Shown here: piece by piece, positions 47,622 to 56,937 of the stretch
How the letters are laid out: each line of letters begins with the position of its first letter
How positions within the stretch are numbered: the first letter of the stretch is position 1
Origin: Patescibacteria group bacterium
Lineage (GTDB): Bacteria > Patescibacteriota > Patescibacteriia > Veblenbacterales > UBA10138
Length of the DNA stretch: 64,000 nucleotides
Reading direction: 5' to 3'
Assembly: GCA_041645215.1 (NCBI GenBank)
Contig: JBAZQK010000007.1
Coordinates: 8,976-72,975, forward strand
The notes under the pieces: model-generated
What the model was told of the DNA's origin: nothing
The model's input: the letters and a program-made list of their open reading frames with translations, nothing else
Databases searched by the model: none
Position numbers and translations under genes: made by a program

Positions 47622-47724
47622 CCTGCCCGACGCTAGCCTTACCCAATTAACCAATAGTTGTCCAATGACCTTATATATATTCATCGCTAGATTATGTTTA
47701 AGACTTTGGCTTTGGCAGGCGGGT
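47622..47724 (+). mobile_element. CCTGCCCG miniature element (copy D), 103 bp
   Basis: Conserved ends; gapless alignment to copies B and C. Confidence 0.75.
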
Positions 47725-47757
47725 CAAAATGGAAAATTATTTATCTAATCCTAAATA

Positions 47758-49332
47758 CTAATTCATCCTTAATTTATACTGATAAAGACTAAAATCCTGC
47801 CAGCCGTATTGCACGGGCAAGAGTTGCAAATTATGGCGCGCCAACCAAACATTCTCCGCCGCCAAATCAAGCGGCCGCCAAGTCGCGTGAAAGTTGTAAA
47901 CTGGCCGATGGTCTTTTATTAAATCAGCCACGGTGGCAAAATTATTATCAGTTTTAAGCTCGTAAATTACCGCTCGCTCGGGCCAAAAAAATTTATCCGT
48001 GCGTCCGGCCACAATAACCGCCGGCGCTGGAGTTAAGGCCCGCACCTCGCGGCTAGTGGTTTCAAACCGCTTAATATTCTGGCGAATTACGCCTAACCCT
48101 TCAATCGGGTCTAACCATACCAAATTAACCGACAGCGCCGCATACAGCGCTACTATGGTCAAAACCCCTAGTTGCCCCCATTGGCGGGCGAGCCCGCGCG
48201 CCAGCATAACTGCCGCTGGCAGCAAGGCTAATATATAAAACGGTAAAAAATATCGGTTATATGACGTACCCAGCGTAACCGCGGTTGGGTCAGGATTATC
48301 GTTAAACCACCAACTGCCGTAAACTACTATCAGCCAGACAGCCATCAGCAGGCTTAAAATAAGTAATCTTTTACCCAAGCGCGGCACCGTGCGCCAGTAA
48401 TAAATCAAATAAACCGCGCCGGCCGCGGCCGGCGCAAACCACCACCAATTAAGCAAAATTACATAATTGATTATGGTGTTTAAAATAACGCGCGGATGAA
48501 AACCAAAAGGCAAAATTAATTGCCCCAACAGCGAGGCCGTTTGGTAGAGGTCGCGGCCGAGGGCGATTTCGGGCGCATAGCCGAACGATACCGGATAGCC
48601 ATAGATAAAATAATTGCCGATAAATATCGGCAGTAAACCGATCAGCCCGCCGGCCAACGCATACCACACGTACTTTAAATTAATCTCACGCCTAAACCAG
48701 CCAAACCAAATTAAACCGGCCGCCAGCAGCCAAAATATTTCGGCCGTGCGAAAACTCAAGGCTAATCCCGCCGCTAATCCGGTCAACCAGAACCAACGGG
48801 GCTGGTTAGTTTTAACAGCCCGAACACTCGCATAAACCGCCAGTAAAAATAAATCCACAAATAAACCATTGTGAAAAAAACTGCGGCTGTGATAATACCA
48901 AAAACTGGGTAAAAAAATTAACAAGACCAAACCGATTAGAGCCGTACGGTCGTCAACTAACTCTTTAAGCAAAAAGTAAAACGCCAATAACCCGATTAAT
49001 GCCGCCAGCGGCGTAACATATGGCAAAAAATTTATCGTAAATATCCAACCCAAGGTTCCGGCTATCAGCGGCAAACCCAAAAAACTGGCTGGAACTAAAT
49101 TATTATTTACCACTACGGTGCTGCGGGGATGAAGCAACGCCGGCGTAATCGGCACTGTCAAACTCTGCCCCCGGCTCAAACGCCGGGCAAAAAAAGCGTT
49201 GGCCGCCTCGTCCGGCGAATTATACCGCTGGGGCAAACCAAAATTAAAAGCGGCGTACAAAACAACTGCTAAAACTGCCAATATTACCGGGCCTGTCAGG
49301 CTTCCTGACCAGTGATTAAGCTTTAAATCCAT
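47758..49332 (-). CDS. GT-C fold (PMT/ArnT-like) membrane glycosyltransferase
   Basis: Polytopic membrane protein; SPDE motif after TM1; RYFLPFY motif; glycosylation-locus context. Confidence 0.75.
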   Translation of the reverse strand: MDLKLNHWSGSLTGPVILAVLAVVLYAAFNFGLPQRYNSPDEAANAFFARRLSRGQSLTVPITPALLHPRSTVVVNNNLVPASFLGLPLIAGTLGWIFTINFLPYVTPLAALIGLLAFYFLLKELVDDRTALIGLVLLIFLPSFWYYHSRSFFHNGLFVDLFLLAVYASVRAVKTNQPRWFWLTGLAAGLALSFRTAEIFWLLAAGLIWFGWFRREINLKYVWYALAGGLIGLLPIFIGNYFIYGYPVSFGYAPEIALGRDLYQTASLLGQLILPFGFHPRVILNTIINYVILLNWWWFAPAAAGAVYLIYYWRTVPRLGKRLLILSLLMAVWLIVVYGSWWFNDNPDPTAVTLGTSYNRYFLPFYILALLPAAVMLARGLARQWGQLGVLTIVALYAALSVNLVWLDPIEGLGVIRQNIKRFETTSREVRALTPAPAVIVAGRTDKFFWPERAVIYELKTDNNFATVADLIKDHRPVYNFHATWRPLDLAAENVWLARHNLQLLPVQYGWQDFSLYQYKLRMN

Positions 49333-49412
49333 ACTAAATTATTATAACAGCATAATTGACTGCTGTCTTAATGGTCGCGGCCAAATCAGCAAAAAGTGCT
49401 ACAATAAATTAT

Positions 49413-51665
49413 ATGCCAACTACTTTATTAGCCAGCCTGCTCGGTTTAATACTAAGCCTAAACCTGTGGCTGGTGCATTCCCTTATTCTTGGCTTACTGG
49501 TCGGGTTCGCGTATTTATGGCTAACCGGCACACTCTGGAGCGAACGATTAAAACTAAATAGCTGGTTGGAAAAGTTTGTTATCGGTAGTATCAGTTTAAT
49601 GGCCGCTGTCATAATTATCAGCACCATTGGTTTTTATATTGGCCTATTTAATAAATACCTCATCGGCCTACTATTGGTAGCCTTACCTTTGGCTGGCCAA
49701 TTTAAACAAGTCAAATTTACCCTCCTCCGCAAGCGACAGCGAGCGGAGAATGATCAGCCTGTAAAAGCGGGAATGAATGAGGATATCCTCCGTAGCCTTG
49801 GCGAAGAAGGATATGCTGCGGAGGGTTCTGCCCGACGAAACATGGTGAGAGGTGCCACGAGCAGCCTACTCCGTCCTCCTAAGGAGGACGGAGTAGGCTG
49901 GGTAAGCCTGTGGAACTCAACTTTGGCCGCCGCCTTAGCCATTACCTGGCAAAAAATACTCACACTGACGCTCTTTATCATTTTAGCCGGCTTAACCAGT
50001 TACAGCCTTTACTATGTGTTAAGCAATGAAGCCCTGCGCACACCCTGGCAGGTTGTGTTGCCAATAACTTTCGCACTTTATGCCGGCGCCGTCGCCGCTT
50101 GGCTAATAGTCAGCCGCTATTTCAAAGCCGGCGGCCTAATATTACTTTATTTGATAAGTTCAAGTGTATTGCCGCTAGTCTACGCTTTGGGTTATGGCTT
50201 TGACCCGTTTATTCACCAAGCCACGGCTAAAATTTTAGCTAACACCGGCACCATTGACCCTAAACCCTTATATTACATTGGCCAGTACGTAATCGTGGTA
50301 ATAATCAACTGGGTCACGGCTCTGCCTATTAACCTCATAGATAAATGGCTGTTGCCGATTTTAACCAGTTTGATTCTGCCTGTGCTCACGGTACGAAAAC
50401 TAAAACAGACCGCCACGGATAATTATCTACTGGTACTGGCTGGAGCCTTGCCATTAATTTTTTTGCTCAGTCAATTCACTTACACCACCCCGCAGGGTTT
50501 AGCTAATTTATTAGCCTTAGTTCTAATTTTTACTTGGTTTAAAAATAATGACGGCGTTCACCTGCCTATTTGGTTTAGCTGGCTAGTGGCGCTAGCTGGC
50601 GTGGCCGTTCATCCCCTGACAGGACTGCCTCTGCTGGGATTAAATACCATTTGGCAAATATACCAAAGCAATCTTAAACTAAATATCAAAAAATGGCTGC
50701 TGGGTTTGGCGGCCACGGCCACGGCCTTAGTGGTACCGCTCGGATTCGCGGTGATGTCCTGGCTCAAACCGTCAGCCGCCAGTATTAAATTATCATTTGA
50801 CTGGTGGAATAGTTTGGCGCGCCTTGGTAGCAATCTGGCTGGAGCTTTGCCGATTTTACCGCCCTATACTGAAGTGGCTGACGTGGTTTATTTATGGGGC
50901 CGGCCGTTGGTTTTAATAATTGTGGCGTTAGCGGCTTGGGGCTGGTACCGCACTAGCAAATACCGCTTGGGCGCCGGATTTTTAATCACCAGCTTTGGCT
51001 TGCTGACTTTGAGTTATTTGCTTTTAAATTTATTTGCCAAATTTCCTAATCTGCCGACCAATGAGCAGAATTTTTATGCGGCGCGTTTATGGGAGTTGGC
51101 TTTGTTCACACTCTGGCCGTTGGCGCTCTATGGCGGATATCAAATTATCCATTATGTTTGGTACGAACGGCGCGCGCCTTATTTAGTGAGTGTAAGTTTA
51201 GTGTTAATATTAACAGCCTCATTTTACCTGACTTACCCCAGGCTGGATGTTTATCATCGCGATACCGGCTACAACACCACGCCCGATGATGTGCAAGCCG
51301 TAAAACTGATAAATAATGTTGGCGCCAATGGCAATTATGCCGTGCTCGCCAATCAGGCGGTCGCCGCCGCCGCCATCAAGACGTACAGTTTCAACAAATA
51401 CTTTGGACAAAATTTTTACTACCCCCTGCCGACCGGAACTAATCCATTGTACCAGGTCTATTTGAACGCGGCCGAGCGCGGATTGCCGACGCGTGCGACC
51501 ATTAAAACCGCGGCTGATATCACCGGCGCGCCGCAAATTTTTTTGGTTTTGAATAAATACTGGGCAAACTTTGACAAACTTACCGTCGTCGCCGACAGCG
51601 CCGCCAACCAAAAATGGCTGGTAGGCGACGGCCGTATTGCCATTTACCGCTACGATTTTAAATAA
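49413..51665 (+). CDS. large polytopic membrane protein, probable GT-C glycosyltransferase, with an in-frame repeat-derived insertion
   Basis: GYGFDPFIH loop motif, HPLTG and a soluble C-terminal domain; TGcTACAAT 7 nt before ATG 49413. Confidence 0.7.
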   Translation: MPTTLLASLLGLILSLNLWLVHSLILGLLVGFAYLWLTGTLWSERLKLNSWLEKFVIGSISLMAAVIIISTIGFYIGLFNKYLIGLLLVALPLAGQFKQVKFTLLRKRQRAENDQPVKAGMNEDILRSLGEEGYAAEGSARRNMVRGATSSLLRPPKEDGVGWVSLWNSTLAAALAITWQKILTLTLFIILAGLTSYSLYYVLSNEALRTPWQVVLPITFALYAGAVAAWLIVSRYFKAGGLILLYLISSSVLPLVYALGYGFDPFIHQATAKILANTGTIDPKPLYYIGQYVIVVIINWVTALPINLIDKWLLPILTSLILPVLTVRKLKQTATDNYLLVLAGALPLIFLLSQFTYTTPQGLANLLALVLIFTWFKNNDGVHLPIWFSWLVALAGVAVHPLTGLPLLGLNTIWQIYQSNLKLNIKKWLLGLAATATALVVPLGFAVMSWLKPSAASIKLSFDWWNSLARLGSNLAGALPILPPYTEVADVVYLWGRPLVLIIVALAAWGWYRTSKYRLGAGFLITSFGLLTLSYLLLNLFAKFPNLPTNEQNFYAARLWELALFTLWPLALYGGYQIIHYVWYERRAPYLVSVSLVLILTASFYLTYPRLDVYHRDTGYNTTPDDVQAVKLINNVGANGNYAVLANQAVAAAAIKTYSFNKYFGQNFYYPLPTGTNPLYQVYLNAAERGLPTRATIKTAADITGAPQIFLVLNKYWANFDKLTVVADSAANQKWLVGDGRIAIYRYDFK
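49721..49921 (+). mobile_element. IS200/IS605-type miniature element inside a CDS
   Basis: Follows TTAC and ends GGGTAAGCCTGTGGAACTCAA(C); nested palindromes including AGCCTACTCCGTCCTCCT-A-AGGAGGACGGAGTAGGCT. Confidence 0.72.
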
Positions 51666-51668
51666 TTT

Positions 51669-51694
51669 AGGGTCTGTTTGGTTAAACAGACCCT
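51669..51694. terminator. hairpin between convergent genes (terminator or minimal TIR element)
   Basis: AGGGTCTGTTT-ggtt-AAACAGACCCT. Confidence 0.55.
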
Positions 51695-52173
51695 GGTTTA
51701 ATAAAAATATTTTTAATCCAGAAAAAAATTTTCCGAAATAAATTTTTTTGTATGATAATCTCGCTGTTCAAATTCCAAGTGCCATTCAGGTACAAACCTT
51801 TTATCTCACCCAGCTGAGACAGTTTGATATCTGCGCACGGTAATGTATCAATCCCAATATACAAACTGTAATCCTCATCCGACAGCTCCGGCAAGAGACA
51901 CTGAATTCCCAGGTGATTATCAGCGCGGTTTCTGTTGGCAATTTTGATTTTGGCCAGATCAACCTTCCGCTCCAGCTTAGCCAGGCAAATCGTTGCGCTA
52001 TAACCAAAAATGGCATTAATGCGCAATAATCCGTCCTGATTGCGAAACTGAATTTGCGGTAATTTTTTAACAGCCACGCTTTGACTAACCAGACTGATTG
52101 TCATAGCATTGTTGTTTATTTTTATTACTATGGAAATGTTTGAATTAAAATTTTGTAAATATACTTTTTTCAA
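51682..52173 (-). CDS. hypothetical protein
   Basis: ORF of up to 163 aa; start uncertain; no family recognised. Confidence 0.6.
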   Translation of the reverse strand: MKKVYLQNFNSNISIVIKINNNAMTISLVSQSVAVKKLPQIQFRNQDGLLRINAIFGYSATICLAKLERKVDLAKIKIANRNRADNHLGIQCLLPELSDEDYSLYIGIDTLPCADIKLSQLGEIKGLYLNGTWNLNSEIIIQKNLFRKIFFWIKNIFIKPGSV

Positions 52174-52221
52174 TTTTTACTCCTTGGCATTAAGTTTGAT
52201 TTTGGTTTTCTTATTATTTTT

Positions 52222-52351
52222 AGGACTTACGCACTTGACCGTTTTTGGGTGTCATTCCCGTGCCAACGGGAATCCAGGCTGTGTAGAATGGCCATATTCT
52301 GGATCCCCGCATACGCGAGGATGACAGAAAGAGACCAAGTGCGTAAGTCCT
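52222..52351. mobile_element. MITE with AGGACTTACGCACTTG TIRs containing a GTCATTCCC...GGGAATCCAG / CTGGAT...GGATGAC palindromic pair
   Basis: Perfect 16-bp TIR; the inner pair resembles the widespread ATTCCC-N8-GGGAAT (dRS3/RPE-like) repeat. Confidence 0.82.
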
Positions 52352-52420
52352 AACTTTATTAAATACTTCAATACCATTTTCAAAAAACCACTTTCACCAG
52401 GCGGACGGATGAAGCTTAAG

Positions 52421-53713
52421 TCAAGAGCTCAATCGAGCTAACAAACTTGTAAGTTCGCGCGCGTAATCAGCCAAATTACTGGCTGAACTATTTTGTTTGG
52501 TATGACTGGCGGCGGCCGCCAATAAACTTGGGTTATCCAAACACCTATTAAGTTTTTGCGTAAACTCGGCCTCACTGCCGGGCGTGAACATCCAACCATT
52601 AACCCCCTCCTCCATAAGTTCCGGAATTCCGCCGCTTTGTGAGGCCAGCACCGGCGTACCCTGAACTTTAGCCATGGTAATAATGGTGGGCGCGTTTTCT
52701 AAACACAATGACGGTACGATTGCCAGGTGACTGTCGGCAATATAATTGTCAATTTCGGCTTGCGTGACAGTACGGTTAAGGGCAAAACGTTTATCGTCAC
52801 CAATCAAATTAACCAGCCGGGCCCAATTGTCCAGCGCGCCGACCGCTACAATTCGCAATGACCAATCACTCCGTGAACTTTTTTTAAGTGTTTGCACCAA
52901 CCAAAATATACCCTTATGCTCTTGAATCTGCCCGACGTATATCAAATTAACCAGACCCAGCGGCTTAAAGACCGATAGCGGGGCGGCCAGTGGCGGAACC
53001 GGATTGGGTATTACCTTAATTTCACTATTTTTAAAAAATCCCCGACTAATGTGTTCAGCCATCAGCCAACGCGATGGCGCCACCACAATATTTACCGGCT
53101 GGAATAACCAACGGGTAATAAACTGATAAACCTTAACGATTAAATTTTCATAACTCTCCTCAACCTGAAGCTTCCACGGGCTCATCCCGCCGTCTATGGT
53201 ATATTTCATTTCGGCGGCGCCCGTCCTCCGTCCTCCTTGGGAGGACGAGGGTGGATAAAATAAACCCGAGGGGTGTAGCAGTTGGACATCGTGCAAGGTG
53301 TGAAGATGTTTAAGCGACAGCGACTTAATGGCGCGCGGCAACCAAAACGACAAGCCCATCAAGTTAAAACTAATCACCGCCGCCGGCTTAACTTTTGCCA
53401 AAATTCGCCTGACCTGCCCCGCCGCCAGCCAATTAAACAAATTTATTTTATGCCAAACTAATCGCCACCCTAAACCATGGCGGGCGGCGTTAAGGTAATA
53501 ATAAACATTCAGCGGATAAAACCGATAAACCGCTATTTTATGCTCAATTCGGCAATCAGTTTTAAAACTACGCAAAGCCTGCCAGGGCGCGCTGGTAATA
53601 ACCGACACCTCATGTCCTTGATTAATCAATTCGACCGCTAACTGACTGGCGATGTATTCGGCGCCGCCGCGCCCGAACGGCGGATAAAGATTGGAAATTA
53701 TCGTGATTTTCAT
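52421..53713 (-). CDS. GT4 glycosyltransferase with a 30-aa in-frame insertion
   Basis: SNLYPP..RGGAE, HTLHD, HKG, PSLCLEN and GGIPE motifs. Confidence 0.92.
   Translation of the reverse strand: MKITIISNLYPPFGRGGAEYIASQLAVELINQGHEVSVITSAPWQALRSFKTDCRIEHKIAVYRFYPLNVYYYLNAARHGLGWRLVWHKINLFNWLAAGQVRRILAKVKPAAVISFNLMGLSFWLPRAIKSLSLKHLHTLHDVQLLHPSGLFYPPSSSQGGRRTGAAEMKYTIDGGMSPWKLQVEESYENLIVKVYQFITRWLFQPVNIVVAPSRWLMAEHISRGFFKNSEIKVIPNPVPPLAAPLSVFKPLGLVNLIYVGQIQEHKGIFWLVQTLKKSSRSDWSLRIVAVGALDNWARLVNLIGDDKRFALNRTVTQAEIDNYIADSHLAIVPSLCLENAPTIITMAKVQGTPVLASQSGGIPELMEEGVNGWMFTPGSEAEFTQKLNRCLDNPSLLAAAASHTKQNSSASNLADYARELTSLLARLSS
53165..53254 (-). mobile_element. 90-bp IS200/IS605-type miniature element inserted in frame
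   Basis: TTAT|CCACCCTCGTCCTCC...GCCCGTGGAAGCTTCAG; homologous to the intergenic copy at 28265-28350. Confidence 0.8.
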
Positions 53714-54834
53714 AGCAAACCTCGGTATAAATCATCAAGCTCTTGTCCCAACTTATCCCATTGGTAATTTTGCCGCGCGCGCTGGGCGCCGTTTTGTCCT
53801 AAGTGGCGCGCTTTATCAGGATTATTCAGTAAAATATCAATTGCCGCGGCCAAACTGTCAGCGCTGCCCGCCACTGCCAATAATCCATTTTGCCCGTCCT
53901 TGATTAATTCCCGCACGCCGGGCAAACGCGAGGCAATTACCGGCAGGCCCGTTGCCATGGCTTGTAAAGCCGCCAAACCAAAGGCTTCGGCTTGGCTGGT
54001 GGAGGGAAACAAAAATATATCAGCCGCCTGGTAATAAAGCGGTAATTCCCGATCCTTAACAAACCCGACAAAATTCACTCTGGGGGCCAAACCTAATTTC
54101 TGCGCCATGGCGGCGTAATGAGTTTTTAACTTACCGGCGCCCACTACCATTAAACGCCACGGATATTTTTTTAATTTAACTAAACTGGCTAACAACACGC
54201 CTAAACCCTTAAAAGCATGGGCCTGGTCAAGCGTACCGACAAACAACAAAACCGTTTCCTCACGCTTAATGTTGTACTGCTGACGAACCACTGATGGCTC
54301 AAACGCCGGTGTAAACCTGGCCTCAACCCCAAACGGCATCACCCGCCACTTGCCAGTCTCACCTAACAACGGCCAACCGACCTCCCTCATATAATCTTGG
54401 GTAGCGCATAAAATAGCATCGGCCCGGCGCGCCAACGCCCGCGCCGTCAGCTTGGTATCAAGCAGAAAAACTTTATCTTTCAACCCGCCGCCGCGCGCCG
54501 TCATATGAAATGTCATAACTAATTTTTGCTTAGGCGACAGCTTAGCTAACCATTCGTGAACGCCAAAAAAAGGATAATGCAAATGCACAATATCAAAATC
54601 TTTTAAACGCCCCAAAATAGTGGGGTTAAAAGCGGCCTTGCCAATGCTAACCCACGGCTTAAATGGCGCAACTTTAACGCCCGGCAGTTGCGCAAAGGTT
54701 AAACCTTTATTATAAAGCGGAGTTAAAACCGTTACTTCGTGTGGCGACGCCAACAAACGGGCGTAATGATAAGCCACATAACCAATGCCGCCGCCGTAGG
54801 GCGGATATACGCATGTCAGCTGACAAATTTTCAT
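53710..54834 (-). CDS. GT4 glycosyltransferase
   Basis: YPPYGGGIG, FVGTLD..HAFKG and EAFGLAALQAM motifs. Confidence 0.93.
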   Translation of the reverse strand: MKICQLTCVYPPYGGGIGYVAYHYARLLASPHEVTVLTPLYNKGLTFAQLPGVKVAPFKPWVSIGKAAFNPTILGRLKDFDIVHLHYPFFGVHEWLAKLSPKQKLVMTFHMTARGGGLKDKVFLLDTKLTARALARRADAILCATQDYMREVGWPLLGETGKWRVMPFGVEARFTPAFEPSVVRQQYNIKREETVLLFVGTLDQAHAFKGLGVLLASLVKLKKYPWRLMVVGAGKLKTHYAAMAQKLGLAPRVNFVGFVKDRELPLYYQAADIFLFPSTSQAEAFGLAALQAMATGLPVIASRLPGVRELIKDGQNGLLAVAGSADSLAAAIDILLNNPDKARHLGQNGAQRARQNYQWDKLGQELDDLYRGLL

Positions 54835-54838
54835 AATC

Positions 54839-55888
54839 TTACCATCTTATAATGGGAAAAATTATTCGCCAACCGCTGGCGCTTAGATAATTAAAAACTT
54901 TCATAAACAAACTTTCTTCTTGCCATTGTAGTTCACCGGCCGCCCAGCGCAGCAAATCGCGATCTTTAAGAGCCGTCAGCTTTTTTAAGGCTGAGCGTTT
55001 GTTAATTATATAGTTTCTGGCGGCGGGACGAAATAAATATTCCAGCGCTCTAATTTTGGCCCCCAGCCAACCGCCGCGCCCGGCCCCCAATATTATTGCC
55101 AACTCCGCCGCCGCGGCGGGCAAAAACAACAGCGCCAAAGTCGCGGGTTTAAAATAACTAAGCCACACCAAATAACGGTTGCGCTCCATAAAATACATTT
55201 GTGTCTTACTGCGCCGCGGCTCATAATAATGGGTAACCGCGGTTTGTCTGGTAATACCCAGTTTCCAACCGGCCGCGCGCAACCGCAAACTCAACTCCAA
55301 ATCTTCGTGATACATAAATAAATCTTCGTCAAATAAGCCCGTCTGGCGCAACGCCGCCGCGCGCAGTAAAACCGCGGCGCCGGAAAAATACGGCGGTTCC
55401 GGATTAGTGTTGTGGCCGTAAAATTTTTGCCAAGCCGCGTCTAAATCCTGCCCATTGCCCACAGCCTCGCCCAAACCCAAATAATGAAAGGAATTGCCAA
55501 TGCTGTTTACCAAACCGTTCGGCAGCAGTATAACCGGCTGGACCGCCGCCGCTTTGGAATTTTGTTGTAAATACTCAACTAATCCAGCTAAGGCGCCGGC
55601 GGTAAGTTCGGCGTCTTGATTTAACAAAAAAATATACTCGGCGCCGTCAGCCAGCGCGCGCTTAATGCCAATATTATTGCCGCGGGCAAAACCAAAATTT
55701 TCACCCTGACGGATTAACTTAACAGTCGGATATTCCAACTTTATAAGTTCCGCCGTATTATCACGGGAATTATTATCCACCGCGTAAACCGGCACGCCAG
55801 CGGCGTACTTAGCGCACGACCCTAAACTAACCGCCAACCAACGTTTGGCGTTATAGGTAACAACAACAATGGCGGTTTGGTTCAACAT
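54839..55888 (-). CDS. GT2 glycosyltransferase (WbbL/rhamnosyltransferase-like)
   Basis: VVVTYN, VDNNSRD, NFGFARGNN, LLNQD and FMYHED motifs. Confidence 0.9.
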   Translation of the reverse strand: MLNQTAIVVVTYNAKRWLAVSLGSCAKYAAGVPVYAVDNNSRDNTAELIKLEYPTVKLIRQGENFGFARGNNIGIKRALADGAEYIFLLNQDAELTAGALAGLVEYLQQNSKAAAVQPVILLPNGLVNSIGNSFHYLGLGEAVGNGQDLDAAWQKFYGHNTNPEPPYFSGAAVLLRAAALRQTGLFDEDLFMYHEDLELSLRLRAAGWKLGITRQTAVTHYYEPRRSKTQMYFMERNRYLVWLSYFKPATLALLFLPAAAAELAIILGAGRGGWLGAKIRALEYLFRPAARNYIINKRSALKKLTALKDRDLLRWAAGELQWQEESLFMKVFNYLSASGWRIIFPIIRW

Positions 55889-56253
55889 TAATCCGGTGAA
55901 CTATTATTTTGTTCAGGCTTAGGCGGCTCCACCTTATTATCACCGGCTAAACCTCTAACCACAGCGGTTAAATCGCGCTCGAATTTTTCCAGCCGCACAT
56001 AAACTCGAAATATTAACCAGAAGGCCAAGACTAATCCAATATACAAAACTAAATCACTGCCCCGCCCCACGCCGGCCACGGCCGCCAAATAAGACGACAA
56101 ATCCGGGGCCGCCACAATCACGGCCGCCAACAGCCAAAAAGCCAACCAACTTACAAACTCCACCACCCCCAGTTCGCGCGCCTTGTATTTGTTCCACAGA
56201 CGCCAGCCAAATATTAAAATCATCAGTAATAAAATGTATTGTATTAGTGTCAT
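55888..56253 (-). CDS. DUF2304-family membrane protein
   Basis: GVGRGSDLVLY motif, three TM helices and a C-terminal coil; downstream of a DPM1-like GT2. Confidence 0.88.
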   Translation of the reverse strand: MTLIQYILLLMILIFGWRLWNKYKARELGVVEFVSWLAFWLLAAVIVAAPDLSSYLAAVAGVGRGSDLVLYIGLVLAFWLIFRVYVRLEKFERDLTAVVRGLAGDNKVEPPKPEQNNSSPD

Positions 56254-56258
56254 AGGCG

Positions 56259-56933
56259 TTATGATAAAAATTTACTCCAAAAAATATCTTTAACGATTTT
56301 TAGAGCCGGCCATTTGCCCTGCTGGCTGCGGCGACGACTGTATTCGGTATATTTAACTGTCACTGGCACTTCGCGGTAGCGTAAGTTATGCCGCGCCGTT
56401 TCGTCCATAATTTCGGAACTAAACGCCATCCGCGATTGGCGCAAGTTCATATCCTGCCAAGCCGCCCGACTAACGGCGCGAAAACCGTTATGGGCGTCAG
56501 TCAATTTCAAACCGGACATAAACCAAGTAAAATAAATCGCCAACTTAAGCGTAACATAGCGCAGAGCGCTGATGCCCTCCACCCGGCCTAAAAAGCGCGA
56601 ACCAAATACAATATCGGCTTCACCGGCGGCCACCGGCGCGATAACCGTGTTAAGCTCGTTCGCCGCAAATTGACCATCAGCGTCAAAGTGCACCGCTATA
56701 TCGGCTCCGCGCTTAAAGGCGCTATTCGTGCCGGTTATAAGGGCGGCGCCATAACCGCGGTTAATTAGGTGTTTGAGCACATAAGCGCCGGCGGCGGCGG
56801 CCGCAACGGACGTATCATCAGTTGAGCCATCATCAACCACTATCACCTCGCCCACGCGCGGCTTTACTTGCGCCACGACCCGGGCGATTGAGGCGGCCTC
56901 GTTGTAGGCCGGAATAACTGCGGTTATATTCAT
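56259..56933 (-). CDS. DPM1-like polyprenol-phosphate glycosyltransferase (GT2)
   Basis: IPAYNE, VVDDGSTD, HLINRGYGAA, FDADGQ and TDAHNGFR motifs. Confidence 0.92.
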   Translation of the reverse strand: MNITAVIPAYNEAASIARVVAQVKPRVGEVIVVDDGSTDDTSVAAAAAGAYVLKHLINRGYGAALITGTNSAFKRGADIAVHFDADGQFAANELNTVIAPVAAGEADIVFGSRFLGRVEGISALRYVTLKLAIYFTWFMSGLKLTDAHNGFRAVSRAAWQDMNLRQSRMAFSSEIMDETARHNLRYREVPVTVKYTEYSRRRSQQGKWPALKIVKDIFWSKFLS

Positions 56934-56937
56934 AACT

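Noticed and set aside
53165-53254. IStron / group I intron
   Set aside because: It ends in G, but 90 bp is too short and no P7-type core is visible; the insert is in frame and needs no splicing.
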